From NCBI GenBank assembly GCA_963827275.1, contig CAWHAA010000010.1, positions 96,001-160,000 of the forward strand: a stretch of DNA of 64,000 nt, written 5' to 3'. Of this stretch, positions 18,914-28,058 are shown piece by piece; within the stretch, counting starts at the first letter, position 1; every line of letters starts with the position of its first letter. The position numbers were made by a program, and so were the translations under genes. Source of the stretch: an uncultured Spirochaetota bacterium (GTDB lineage: Bacteria; Spirochaetota; UBA4802; UBA5550). Under the pieces are notes generated by a model. It saw only the letters and a program-made list of their open reading frames with translations. It made no database searches and had not been told where the DNA came from.

Positions 18914-19684
18914 TCATATGAAATCACGGATATCTTTTTCGAGTTTTTTGAAAATTACGTATGCAAATAATAAAATAACATGCCCCATAATGGCAAGTAT
19001 GATCAAATTTATGAAATCAGGGTATTTTGAGTAGACAAAAATATCGTGATATGCGGACACGAAATAATATGCCGGGTTGAATTTATTAAGCGTCTTCATG
19101 AAATCTGGTACGATATCAATTACATACACAACAGGCGTCAGCCAGAACCAGACCTGGAGAATGATATTGATGATTTCCTTGAAATCCCTGAAAAACACGA
19201 CAAGTATGCTGAAAAAAAATCCGGCGGCATAGGCAAATATCTGCTGGACCAGATAAATAAACGGCAGAAATATTATTGATTCGGATATTGGGTTGCCGGT
19301 AAGAATTAAAAAAATAAAGTATATAAAATAGGTGATGCTGAATGTGATTGTTTCTGAAAGCACCACATACAGCAGAAGAGAGGGCATCGCCAATCGTACC
19401 TTCGATATTATGCTTTTTTTATCCAGAAATACGGTGGATGAGCGGAGTATGGTGTTTACAAAAGCGGTCCAGGGGACAATGCCGGATACAAGGTATACGA
19501 CATACGGCAAACCGCTGCTTGTCCCCGGGCGTATTTTTGCTCCCATGATATTTGAGAAGACCACCGTATAAATGAGTATCATTACCAGCGGCCAGATGAA
19601 AGCCCAGAAAACACCGAGAATTGAACCGGCATACCGTTCAATAAAATCTCTTTTTGTAAATTCATAAAGCAAACGAATATTCAT
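18914..19684 (-). CDS. wzm: polysaccharide ABC exporter permease
   Basis: RYAGSILG..W..I.P, FFRD, WFWLTPVVY, NP motifs; multiple TM helices. Confidence 0.93.
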   Translation of the reverse strand: MNIRLLYEFTKRDFIERYAGSILGVFWAFIWPLVMILIYTVVFSNIMGAKIRPGTSSGLPYVVYLVSGIVPWTAFVNTILRSSTVFLDKKSIISKVRLAMPSLLLYVVLSETITFSITYFIYFIFLILTGNPISESIIFLPFIYLVQQIFAYAAGFFFSILVVFFRDFKEIINIILQVWFWLTPVVYVIDIVPDFMKTLNKFNPAYYFVSAYHDIFVYSKYPDFINLIILAIMGHVILLFAYVIFKKLEKDIRDFI

Positions 19685-20156
19685 GCGCCAACTTGCACCT
19701 ATCTGCCGTATTCTTCATCGAAATCTGTTTGATATTTTGCCCGGAATAATATTTTTTATTCAAAGGAATATATCACCCCCTATTTATTTCGGGGTTAAAT
19801 TCGGCAGTCCAATTTCCCATTTATTCTTGATTACAAGGAGGGGATTTTATTTGTCAATCAAAGATATAAATAACCACAAAAAATGCTGTATTTTTGCGTA
19901 TCACACCATGCCTTTTACAATGATACTATCAGTTACATTATGAATCAGTTTGATGTAAATATTCTGGCAATACACGCAATCGGATAAAACATGTACAAAT
20001 GTCTATTTTGTATATTGATAATTTGATGATTGAAATGGAAATATAACAGAGAAAGAGCAGTTCTATGTAATCACTGTTATTTATTCGATGAATTGATCAT
20101 GCTCAATGGGTGTTAATGATCGTAATCCAGATCCAACGTAAAAAATCCCGCCTGTA

Positions 20157-21902
20157 CTATTTGGATAATTGGCTCTTTGGGTTATTCAACAGCACCATGC
20201 TCTGGGCACGTTCAACAAATTCCAGTATCACCAGGGATGGACGTTTTTTTTCAATTATTGATGTATCGAAACCGCCAAGAACTCTCAATTCATGTATTTC
20301 TTTAATATCATTTTTTAGATAGTCAACCAGAAGCTCTCCAAAACTGTCATGAAAAAATATTGCATTTTTAATTTTTGATCGTTCTTCGTGAACTGATGAT
20401 TTTACGGGTTGAAGAAAGACTTCTTTTTCAAATTGATAGCCGGGCAATAACATCAATCGACTCAGATCAGGTATAAATGTTTTGTTTTCCAAAGAAACAA
20501 TCTGATAATTATCTATTGAATCAGGTTTAATAGAGGGAAATAGATTCGATATATATCGTTTAAGTTTAAAGTAGGCAATTAACGCTCCATATCCATTCCA
20601 ATGCGTATCTAATTTATAAAATAATGGAAATTTCGATTTTGCATTGATAAGATCATTTCTGACATCAATTATTTCAACATCAGAATTTTTCTTCATGTAC
20701 TCAACAAGCTGATCGAGCCTGGTAACGGGGAGAACTCTTTTAAAATTGTCAGGAAGATATTCCGGATAAATGGTTTCCTTGTTCGGTGCAATCAAAACTA
20801 GATACGGTATTCCTTTTTCACGAAGATAATTTCTTTGATATTCAAGATTCACTTTTATTTTTTCCAGTTCTTCTTGAGAATATGGAGAGAGGCCCATCCA
20901 ATCTTTAAAAGAATTCATTTTAGCTGAATATTTTTCTGAATAAAAGAACGACCAGCCGCTTTTACCGACAACAACATAGGAGACCGGTGATATTCCGAGA
21001 AAATGATATTTTAAAAGGCTGTTGCAAAGGATGAGGTGGTTCCTCATGCTGAAATTGTCTAAAAAATAATTTTCATATTTTCTAAAAAAATATTGAATTT
21101 TTTTGACTTCAAAATTTGGTTTAATGGCCAATGTACGGAATTCTGGATTTACAAGCTCCTTGATAAAATGAAAACCCATGTTTGTCATCGGCAGGGCAAT
21201 CATTATGAAAAATAGAACAGCAAATGATGAATTAATTACATTCACGGCTTTATTGTTGATAATTATCCAGTGTATGAAAAAGCCAGCTCCAAAACAAATC
21301 ATGAAAGTGAAAAATATGAGACTCAATTTTATCATTACCCTGTATGACAGGGGCATCATTCGGTATATTTTTCCAAAATCATTAAATGACAATTGGGGAT
21401 CTAATTTCGTTGATTTGATATATACCAGCCCATCCTTTTCAACGAATTGATCAAGTGCTTGATTGGATTTGAAATCCCTGATAATGTCACGTGAATTCCA
21501 TGTGTGTATCGAAAATACCAGGAATTTCAATGAAATTGACTTGATGATCTCTTCACCCGGCCCGGTCATTGGATCCAACCTGATTTTTCTTATGGTGCAA
21601 AAAAATGGCAGGTTAAAGCTGATTGCACCATTCATGTTATCATGGTAGCTCACTAATATCTTTTCAGAATCGGTTTCATTGATTTCATTTCCAATATCGA
21701 AGAAAAACTGAAATTCTTCTTGTTTTATAATTTTTCGTAATTCAATTTCCAGTGAAGTAATCGGTACATTATGGGATAATATGGCGTTGGAAGCCATAAC
21801 AAAAATCGCGAAAAGGATTATATATGCTCCCCGGATAATGTTTCTTTGCGTTACATACTCAATAAACAATTTTTTCATGAAATTCAATGTTCTTACCTGC
21901 AA
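20157..21902 (-). CDS. AlgJ/AlgX-family SGNH-like O-acetyltransferase (paralog 1)
   Basis: GKSGWSF, APNKETIYPE, DTHWN, HDSF, VER motifs; N-terminal TM helices. Confidence 0.82.
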   Translation of the reverse strand: MQVRTLNFMKKLFIEYVTQRNIIRGAYIILFAIFVMASNAILSHNVPITSLEIELRKIIKQEEFQFFFDIGNEINETDSEKILVSYHDNMNGAISFNLPFFCTIRKIRLDPMTGPGEEIIKSISLKFLVFSIHTWNSRDIIRDFKSNQALDQFVEKDGLVYIKSTKLDPQLSFNDFGKIYRMMPLSYRVMIKLSLIFFTFMICFGAGFFIHWIIINNKAVNVINSSFAVLFFIMIALPMTNMGFHFIKELVNPEFRTLAIKPNFEVKKIQYFFRKYENYFLDNFSMRNHLILCNSLLKYHFLGISPVSYVVVGKSGWSFFYSEKYSAKMNSFKDWMGLSPYSQEELEKIKVNLEYQRNYLREKGIPYLVLIAPNKETIYPEYLPDNFKRVLPVTRLDQLVEYMKKNSDVEIIDVRNDLINAKSKFPLFYKLDTHWNGYGALIAYFKLKRYISNLFPSIKPDSIDNYQIVSLENKTFIPDLSRLMLLPGYQFEKEVFLQPVKSSVHEERSKIKNAIFFHDSFGELLVDYLKNDIKEIHELRVLGGFDTSIIEKKRPSLVILEFVERAQSMVLLNNPKSQLSK

Positions 21903-21923
21903 TAACCGGACAACCGGAAATAA

Positions 21924-23370
21924 TTAAAACTTAAAATAAAGAAAAGGATGATAGGTGACGCTTGCCACCTGGATTACGCACAGGAATAATATGACAAGGA
22001 TAATTATATTGTATCCGATATGGACAAATAGTCCTGGCACCCTTGAATAACCGATATCAGTCTTCAATAGCAGATTGTTGATTATACTTCTTAAAAAAGG
22101 AAACAGTGAGGTTGAAAATACGATTCCAAGAATATATGCTATTATAATATTATTATCTATGAACATTCCGGCATAATAATGGTCGCTCCCGTGCGACAGC
22201 CCGGCCATGGTTTTGATGTATTGAACGGCGGATGTCAGCGATTCGGAGCGGAAAAAAACCCATCCCAGCGTGATAATGAGGATCGCATATACGTGCCGGA
22301 GTGGAGACCATAGGGAATAGATAAATTTTCCCAGGTTTGCTCCTCTCTATAATAAGAAATGTGCCATGCCAGAGTCCCCATATCGCAAAGCACCAGCTCG
22401 CACCATGCCATAATCCGCAGAGGAAAAAAACGATGAGCAGATTAATATACATCCTTGCCGGGCCGACCCTGTTGCCGCCGAGCGGAATATACAGGTAGTC
22501 CTTGAACCATGTGGAAAGTGATATATGCCATCGCTGCCAGAAATCCCTGATAGATTTTGACATATAGGGATAATTGAAGTTCTCCATAAAGCGAAATCCG
22601 AACATGCGGCCCAGCCCTATTGCCATATCAGTGTATCCGGAAAAATCAAAATATAACTGGATGGTATACCCGATGGCGCCCAGCCATGCCGCGGACATCG
22701 TTAAATCGTGAACATTTACCTTGAATATCTCATCCACAACAGGAGCAATCGTGTCGGCGATCAGGACCTTTTTCCCCAACCCTATGATGAACCGTTGAAT
22801 GCCGCCGGCTAACGTTCCGGAATCAATTTTTCTTTCTTTGAACTGGTCCGATACGTCGGGGTACCGGCTTATAGGGCCCGCCATCAATTGCGGAAAAAGC
22901 GATATATATAGTCCGACATTGACTATATTGTTATCAGCAACAATTTTTTTTCTGTAGACATCAATAATATATGACAATGCCTTGAATGTGAAAAATGATA
23001 TTCCTATGGGGAGATGATATTTCGGTATGGTGATGGTGTCGAAGCTGAGTATGGAAACAATAAAGTGCGTGTATTTGATAAATATGAGCATCCCGAGATT
23101 CGCAATTATGGCGAGGATTGTAATCGCTTTTCTTTTCTGCACGCCGGCAGTCGTATCGGTGTTATTATAATAGCTTATCCGCCGCGCGAAAAAATAGTTA
23201 AACAGTATAGAGATCATGATAATGAGAACATAATAATCCTCACCGCAGGCGTAAAAGAAAATGCTTATAACCAGAAGTAGCACGTTTCTCCATTGCTGCT
23301 TTGAGGTAAAATATATCAAAAGTACAGCCGGTAAAAACAGAAACAGGAAAATCGGGGAAGTGAATATCAT
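21924..23370 (-). pseudogene. AlgI/DltB-type MBOAT O-acyltransferase with a +1 frameshift
   Basis: LPIGISFFTF, YFDFSGYTDMAIG, FWQRWHISLS, GLWHG. The reading frame switches at a T4 run (22326-22329) and continues as SLWSPLRHVY..GWVFFRSES..HPFLYFKF. Confidence 0.85.
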
Positions 23371-23509
23371 ATGATCTTGAATTTTTCTCCTGATAAAAAA
23401 TCAGCTGATTTGCTTCAAACCCAGTTATAATGAAACAAATGAGCCGTTGCTACCATTGAAAAGTAAATGGAAAATAATCATTAATAGCTGGTGTGCGGAT
23501 GATTCAGTT

Positions 23510-25213
23510 TCATTGATTATATGTAAAATACTTCAATAGTGCTATGTTCTCCGCTCTTTCAACTATTTCCAGAATGACAATCCCGGGGCGTTCTTTTTCA
23601 ATTATGGATTTATTAAATCCATTGCCCCAGTGCAGATCGCGAATATCCTCAAAATCATTTTTTAAATATCCCGAAAGAGAGTCGCCAAAGCTGTCATGAA
23701 AAAATAGAACCTTTTTTATTTTTTTTTTATCCTGCAGTTTGGATATATTTTTATGTTCTACTATAACATTATGATCAATAAAATACTGGGGCAACAGCAT
23801 CAATCTGCTTAAATCGGAACGAAACGTTTTGCCGGTGATGGATGAAATAGTATATTCGTTATATGAAAACAGGCCAATGAAGGGAAACAGCTGCGCGATA
23901 TATTGCTTAAGCCGGGAATATGCCACAAGTGCTCCATATTCATTCCAGTGGGTATCGGTTTTAAAATATACCGGATACTTTTTTTTCGCCTCCATCAGAT
24001 CCTTTCTGATGTCAATTATATGAATGTCGGATGTATTTTTCAAATAACTTATTATCTGGTCAAGCCTGGTAGCGGGAAGAACTCTTTTAATGATGTCGGG
24101 AAGAAATTCCGGATATATGGTTTCCTTGTTCGGCGCTATTAATATCGCATACTGTATTCCCATTCCACGAAGATAATTTCTTTGGGATTCAAGACTATTT
24201 TTTATTTTTTCAAGGTCTTCCTGCGAATTTGCGGCGAGACCCATCCAGTCCCTGATTGTGATATATTCCGGTGTTCGTTTCTCGGAATAAAAAAATAACC
24301 AACCGTCCTTGCCTCTGATAACATAGGGAACCGGCGAGTTGTTAAGAAGATAATACTTGAAAAGGCTGTTGCAGAGGAGCAGATGGTTCCTGAATCCAAA
24401 GTAATCGTTAAAATATTTTTCATATTTTTTATATAGTTCAGTCATATCGCTGTTTTTAAACATTGGTTTGTGGGACAATTCGCGCTGTTCGACATTTTCA
24501 AGTTCCTTGAAAAAATGAAGTCCCATATTCATCGCTGGCAGCGAAACCAGTATGATGAATAAAACGGTCATCGATGTATTGATCACATTTCTGGCTGCCC
24601 TGTTAATAACTATTTCATGAACAAAAAAGCGGATGCCAATACACGCCAGAAATAGAAAAAATATCAGGCTCAATTTAATCAATAATTTATATGCCGCGGG
24701 AATGCCGGCATATATTTTACCCATGCCGGCATATGCAATATTAGGGTCATCCTGATTGGATTCAATATATACCTGTCCATCTTTATCGGCAAAGCTGCTG
24801 ATTGATTTATTGCAGATGAAATCTTTGACGATATTGCGTGAATCCCAGGTATACAGTGTGAGGAAGAGGTATTTCAGTGAAATTGATTTTATGACACCGG
24901 CGCTTTTCCGGGTCCATGGATCCAGTCTAAAAATTTTAATAGTTTTATAAAAAGGCAGATCAAAATTTATTTCCTGTGGTATTTTATCACGTTTGTTTAG
25001 TACTGATTTTTCACTATCGATTTCATTTAAATTCCTCCCGATATCATAGTAAACTTGAAATATATCTTTTTGTTGAAATGAGTGCAATTCAACGGACAGG
25101 GTTGTGATAGGGACATTTTTGATTATTATCCATACGGATAACACGATAAAAATGGAAACGAGAAGAAACTCGACCGCGCGAATGACTTTATTTTGATGAA
25201 ATACTACACCCAT
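23510..25213 (-). CDS. AlgJ/AlgX-family SGNH-like O-acetyltransferase (paralog 2)
   Basis: GKDGWLF, APNKETIYPE, DTHWN, HDSF; colinear with the 20157..21902 protein. Confidence 0.82.
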   Translation of the reverse strand: MGVVFHQNKVIRAVEFLLVSIFIVLSVWIIIKNVPITTLSVELHSFQQKDIFQVYYDIGRNLNEIDSEKSVLNKRDKIPQEINFDLPFYKTIKIFRLDPWTRKSAGVIKSISLKYLFLTLYTWDSRNIVKDFICNKSISSFADKDGQVYIESNQDDPNIAYAGMGKIYAGIPAAYKLLIKLSLIFFLFLACIGIRFFVHEIVINRAARNVINTSMTVLFIILVSLPAMNMGLHFFKELENVEQRELSHKPMFKNSDMTELYKKYEKYFNDYFGFRNHLLLCNSLFKYYLLNNSPVPYVIRGKDGWLFFYSEKRTPEYITIRDWMGLAANSQEDLEKIKNSLESQRNYLRGMGIQYAILIAPNKETIYPEFLPDIIKRVLPATRLDQIISYLKNTSDIHIIDIRKDLMEAKKKYPVYFKTDTHWNEYGALVAYSRLKQYIAQLFPFIGLFSYNEYTISSITGKTFRSDLSRLMLLPQYFIDHNVIVEHKNISKLQDKKKIKKVLFFHDSFGDSLSGYLKNDFEDIRDLHWGNGFNKSIIEKERPGIVILEIVERAENIALLKYFTYNQ

Positions 25214-25262
25214 TGCACTGCCCTTGCTGCATTAAATCACTCAGGAAGCGGTACTCTGTCAA

Positions 25263-25670
25263 CTATTTATTCAACATACGCTCAAATCTTCGTTTGGAGG
25301 GCATTATATGATGCGGCGTGATTCCGCTTCGCATGCAACAATATCTGGCGGAAAGGATTTTAGATTCGCTGGCAGGTACAGTGCGGATTAAGGTACGCTG
25401 GCAGGCATTGATCGCCGCTACGTCGCTCGTGGCGGGACTCCCCACCTCCTGCCCGTGATTAAAACATTCGTCGACGTCGTACCCTGCATCTTCAATGACG
25501 CTCCGAATATCGTCAATCGTTACGGTTTTATCGTCAAATTCCACGGTCACTTTTTTCGTATTCGGGTCAGCGTTGACGTTTATAATACCTGTCAGTTCAT
25601 TTACCGCATTTTCAATGATCATCTTGCAGTGGTTGCAGCTCATGTCAGGGGTGCTTAATATTTTTTTCAT
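25263..25670 (-). CDS. copZ: CopZ-like heavy-metal chaperone with a run-on C-terminus
   Basis: RBS aggagg; DMSCNHC; the HMA domain ends at AGYDV (~25473) but the frame runs on for ~69 unrelated residues. Confidence 0.75.
   Translation of the reverse strand: MKKILSTPDMSCNHCKMIIENAVNELTGIINVNADPNTKKVTVEFDDKTVTIDDIRSVIEDAGYDVDECFNHGQEVGSPATSDVAAINACQRTLIRTVPASESKILSARYCCMRSGITPHHIMPSKRRFERMLNK
25318..25470 (+). pseudogene. possible decayed PIN-domain (VapC-like) fragment
   Basis: Translates to ..ALIAATSLVAGLP.. followed by a frameshifted RD.KH-like sequence, resembling the PIN C-terminal motif. Confidence 0.4.
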
Positions 25671-25720
25671 TTGTTGTTTCCTCCTGATGATACTCTGAAC
25701 AGACTCGTTTTACAGGAATT

Positions 25721-25840
25721 CTATTTACCCGGAAATTCAACAACCTTTTTAACGATATTGTCTTTCGTGAAACCGAAATACTCCGCCAGCGCCTTTGCGG
25801 GCCCGGACACCCCGAGCTGCTCCATGGTGATGTAGAGGGC
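25721..25840 (-). pseudogene. 3' fragment of a transketolase-type gene
   Basis: ITMEQLGVSGPAKALAEYFGFTKDNIVKKV resembles the transketolase C-terminus; no upstream coding part. Confidence 0.7.
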
Positions 25841-25880
25841 GTGGGGCCGTCCTCTCCTGCGAAAAACAAGTCGTGGGTGA

Positions 25881-26000
25881 AGAAAACTTAAGCCACTATC
25901 CGGCGCTTTTTCTGCCGGAGGGGGCTTAATCTGAGAGGGGCCTGTTTCACATAAAACGCGTTGTGTCACCTGTTCATGAACTGAACAGGTAGCTTTTCCC
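25881..26000 (+). repeat. dispersed island repeat, copy C (most complete)
   Basis: agaaaacttaagccactatccggcgctttttctgccggagggggcttaatctgagagggg..ttcacataaaacgc..gaactga..ttttccc. Confidence 0.85.
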
Positions 26001-26216
26001 AATATAATAATGATAAGATTTTTTCAAGTTTATTGATCTGAGAGATTCAATATAAAGAAAAAACATTGATTTTTTAAATAATAAGCATAAGGTATAACCG
26101 ATTTATAGAATCTCATTATACATTTATAGATAGCGCCCTATTTTCTGTTTGAATATAAATAGTATATTGAGAAAAAAATTAAACAATCTGATATGTTATA
26201 TAATACCAGGAGGGAT

Positions 26217-26834
26217 ATGATGACACGTATCTTTGCGTTTTTGCTTGTAGTATCGTTTCTTGTCGGGTGCTCGTCTTTTGAAGTTGCGGTAAATGACGAT
26301 CCATTTAAAGGCACCACCTTCGTATCTGCGGACATGTGGCACAAGGTTATTGATCAAAATAAAATGGTGTTTGATAATCAGAGGTTCTTGTATGAAAAGG
26401 AGATAAAAAAAGGGAAGGTTTCAAATCCAACGGCATATTTTCTGTTCAAACTCGCGGTTGTTTCTATATTGGGATACAATGGCGAAGATTTTGAAAAAAC
26501 CGCATATATAGTGTGCGATAACAAAAATTTCAAAGCCAATATAATTGACTATAACAAGGTTGAAAGGACTAATGTATCTGGTGAAGCCAAAAGTACAATA
26601 AACTGGGTCAATAGGACAACATCTGCAGAATCAGAAATTGGTACTTCACATATTTGCACAGTTACCGGTAAAATCGTATTGACTCCAGATATTCAACAGG
26701 CAATAGCAAATTGCAGCGTATATATGATACGGTTTTATTTAGCCAAAAACAATGTGCCGGTGACTTTACAGGCAACTGATTCTCAATTAGATGCGGTTAA
26801 GAGGTTTATATCAGTGGATGCTTCAAATAAATAG
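26217..26834 (+). CDS. hypothetical lipoprotein
   Basis: RBS aggaggg; signal peptide with lipobox LVGC; no recognisable family. Confidence 0.8.
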   Translation: MMTRIFAFLLVVSFLVGCSSFEVAVNDDPFKGTTFVSADMWHKVIDQNKMVFDNQRFLYEKEIKKGKVSNPTAYFLFKLAVVSILGYNGEDFEKTAYIVCDNKNFKANIIDYNKVERTNVSGEAKSTINWVNRTTSAESEIGTSHICTVTGKIVLTPDIQQAIANCSVYMIRFYLAKNNVPVTLQATDSQLDAVKRFISVDASNK

Positions 26835-26895
26835 AAAAGCAGAAGAGTTAAATAGGGTTAATGATTCTTCTTCCGTACCGGAGATGTAGGTAAAT

Positions 26896-26983
26896 AGAAT
26901 TTTTAAGCCCCTTTCCAGCGCTTTTTCTGCCGGAGGGGGCATAATTTGAGAGGGGTTCGGCTTCTGATAAAACACATTCAGCA
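26896..26983 (+). repeat. dispersed island repeat, copy D (3' truncated)
   Basis: agaatttttaagcccctttccagcgctttttctgccggagggggcataatttgagaggggttcggcttctgataaaacacatt. Confidence 0.85.
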
Positions 26984-26984
26984 T

Positions 26985-27055
26985 TTTATCACGTGCCCCC
27001 TATGGGGGACAGGGGGTAATACTTTATCACGTGCCCCCATCGGGGGACAGGGGGG
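26985..27055. repeat. two tandem palindromic units, 38-bp period (REP-like)
   Basis: tttatcacgtgccccc-nnn-gggggacaggggg at 26985 and 27023. Confidence 0.8.
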
Positions 27056-27074
27056 CAGTCAGCGGTAACGCCGT

Positions 27075-27923
27075 TTATCTCTTCTTCGCTATATACTCTT
27101 CCAGCTCATCAAGCAACCCAGCCGGCACCGGGCACCCTTTTTGATAGTTCCCGATCGTCTCTTCCTTGTCGCCGTGGAAATCGCTCCCGCCCGTGACGAG
27201 GAGACCATACTTCCGCGCCAGGGCCTGGTACTGATCCGCCAGTTCCGGCGTATGCATTGACGCGTACGCCTCGAGCCCCTCGATGCCTGACCTGACGAAT
27301 CCCTTTAATAGTCTTTCGAACTCATCCATGTCGCGGCATTCCAGCGACACCGGGTGCGCGATGACCGGTATGCCGCCCGACGCCTTGATCAGGGCGATCG
27401 CCTCCTCGAATTCAATCCGCACCTTTTTCACGTACCCTGGCTTGCCCGGTACGAGGTAGTTCTGGAATATCTCCCGTATCGCGGGGGCATACCCGTGACT
27501 GACCATGACCCGGGCGACATGCGGACGTCCGATGGCGGCCGCCCCCGCCTCCGCCAGGACCTCGTCTATCGGGATATCGATGCCATGCTCTTTCAGGTCG
27601 TCGATGATGCGGTGGACCCGGGTGGCCCGCAACTCGGACAGGGTCTTCACCCTCTTCCGAAGATCTTCATGCCGGTAGTCCAGGTTGAGGCCGATAAGGT
27701 GAAACGAGCCGGTCGGGTACTCGATGCTGAATTCCACGCCGGGGAAAAGGCGAAACCTGACCGACGAGGCATATTCCATCGCTTCCGGCAGCCCGTCAAC
27801 CGTATCGTGGTCGGTGATTGCCATGGCGACGAGACCGCCGCTGCGCGCGAGATCTATAAGCCTGGTGGGTGTATATATCCCGTCCGAGGCGGTGGTGTGG
27901 GTGTGCAGGTCGATTTTTTTCAT
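27075..27923 (-). CDS. PHP domain phosphoesterase (TrpH/YciV-like)
   Basis: DLHTHTTASDG, ITDHD, GVE, GRPH, AHP, GGSDFHG. Confidence 0.92.
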   Translation of the reverse strand: MKKIDLHTHTTASDGIYTPTRLIDLARSGGLVAMAITDHDTVDGLPEAMEYASSVRFRLFPGVEFSIEYPTGSFHLIGLNLDYRHEDLRKRVKTLSELRATRVHRIIDDLKEHGIDIPIDEVLAEAGAAAIGRPHVARVMVSHGYAPAIREIFQNYLVPGKPGYVKKVRIEFEEAIALIKASGGIPVIAHPVSLECRDMDEFERLLKGFVRSGIEGLEAYASMHTPELADQYQALARKYGLLVTGGSDFHGDKEETIGNYQKGCPVPAGLLDELEEYIAKKR

Positions 27924-28058
27924 AGACGTCAGGTATGGAAATTTAGAATTTTATCAAGCAATTAAATTTAACGAATTCCATAATCAGTTACGTCTTACAG
28001 GTCGTCTCAAAATTTCGTCCATACGAACCATGAGTATATCACCACAGGATTACCGCGC

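Larger units (their letters stand above)
10300..27060. mobile_element. AT-rich genomic island (no integrase/transposase in window)
   Basis: Visible compositional shift versus the GC-rich flanks; accessory gene content; repeats at both borders. Confidence 0.65.

Noticed and set aside
25881..26000. Island repeat as a conserved short peptide-coding sequence (minus strand gives PPA.KAPD.GL.F in copies A and C)
   Set aside because: Copy D is shifted by one base, and the substitutions show no third-position bias.
26080..26110. dif/pdif site (GCATAA GGTATA)
   Set aside because: The XerD arm TTATGTTAAAT is absent.
26985..27055. CRISPR array
   Set aside because: Only two units, separated by about 5 nt with no spacer, and no cas genes in the window.
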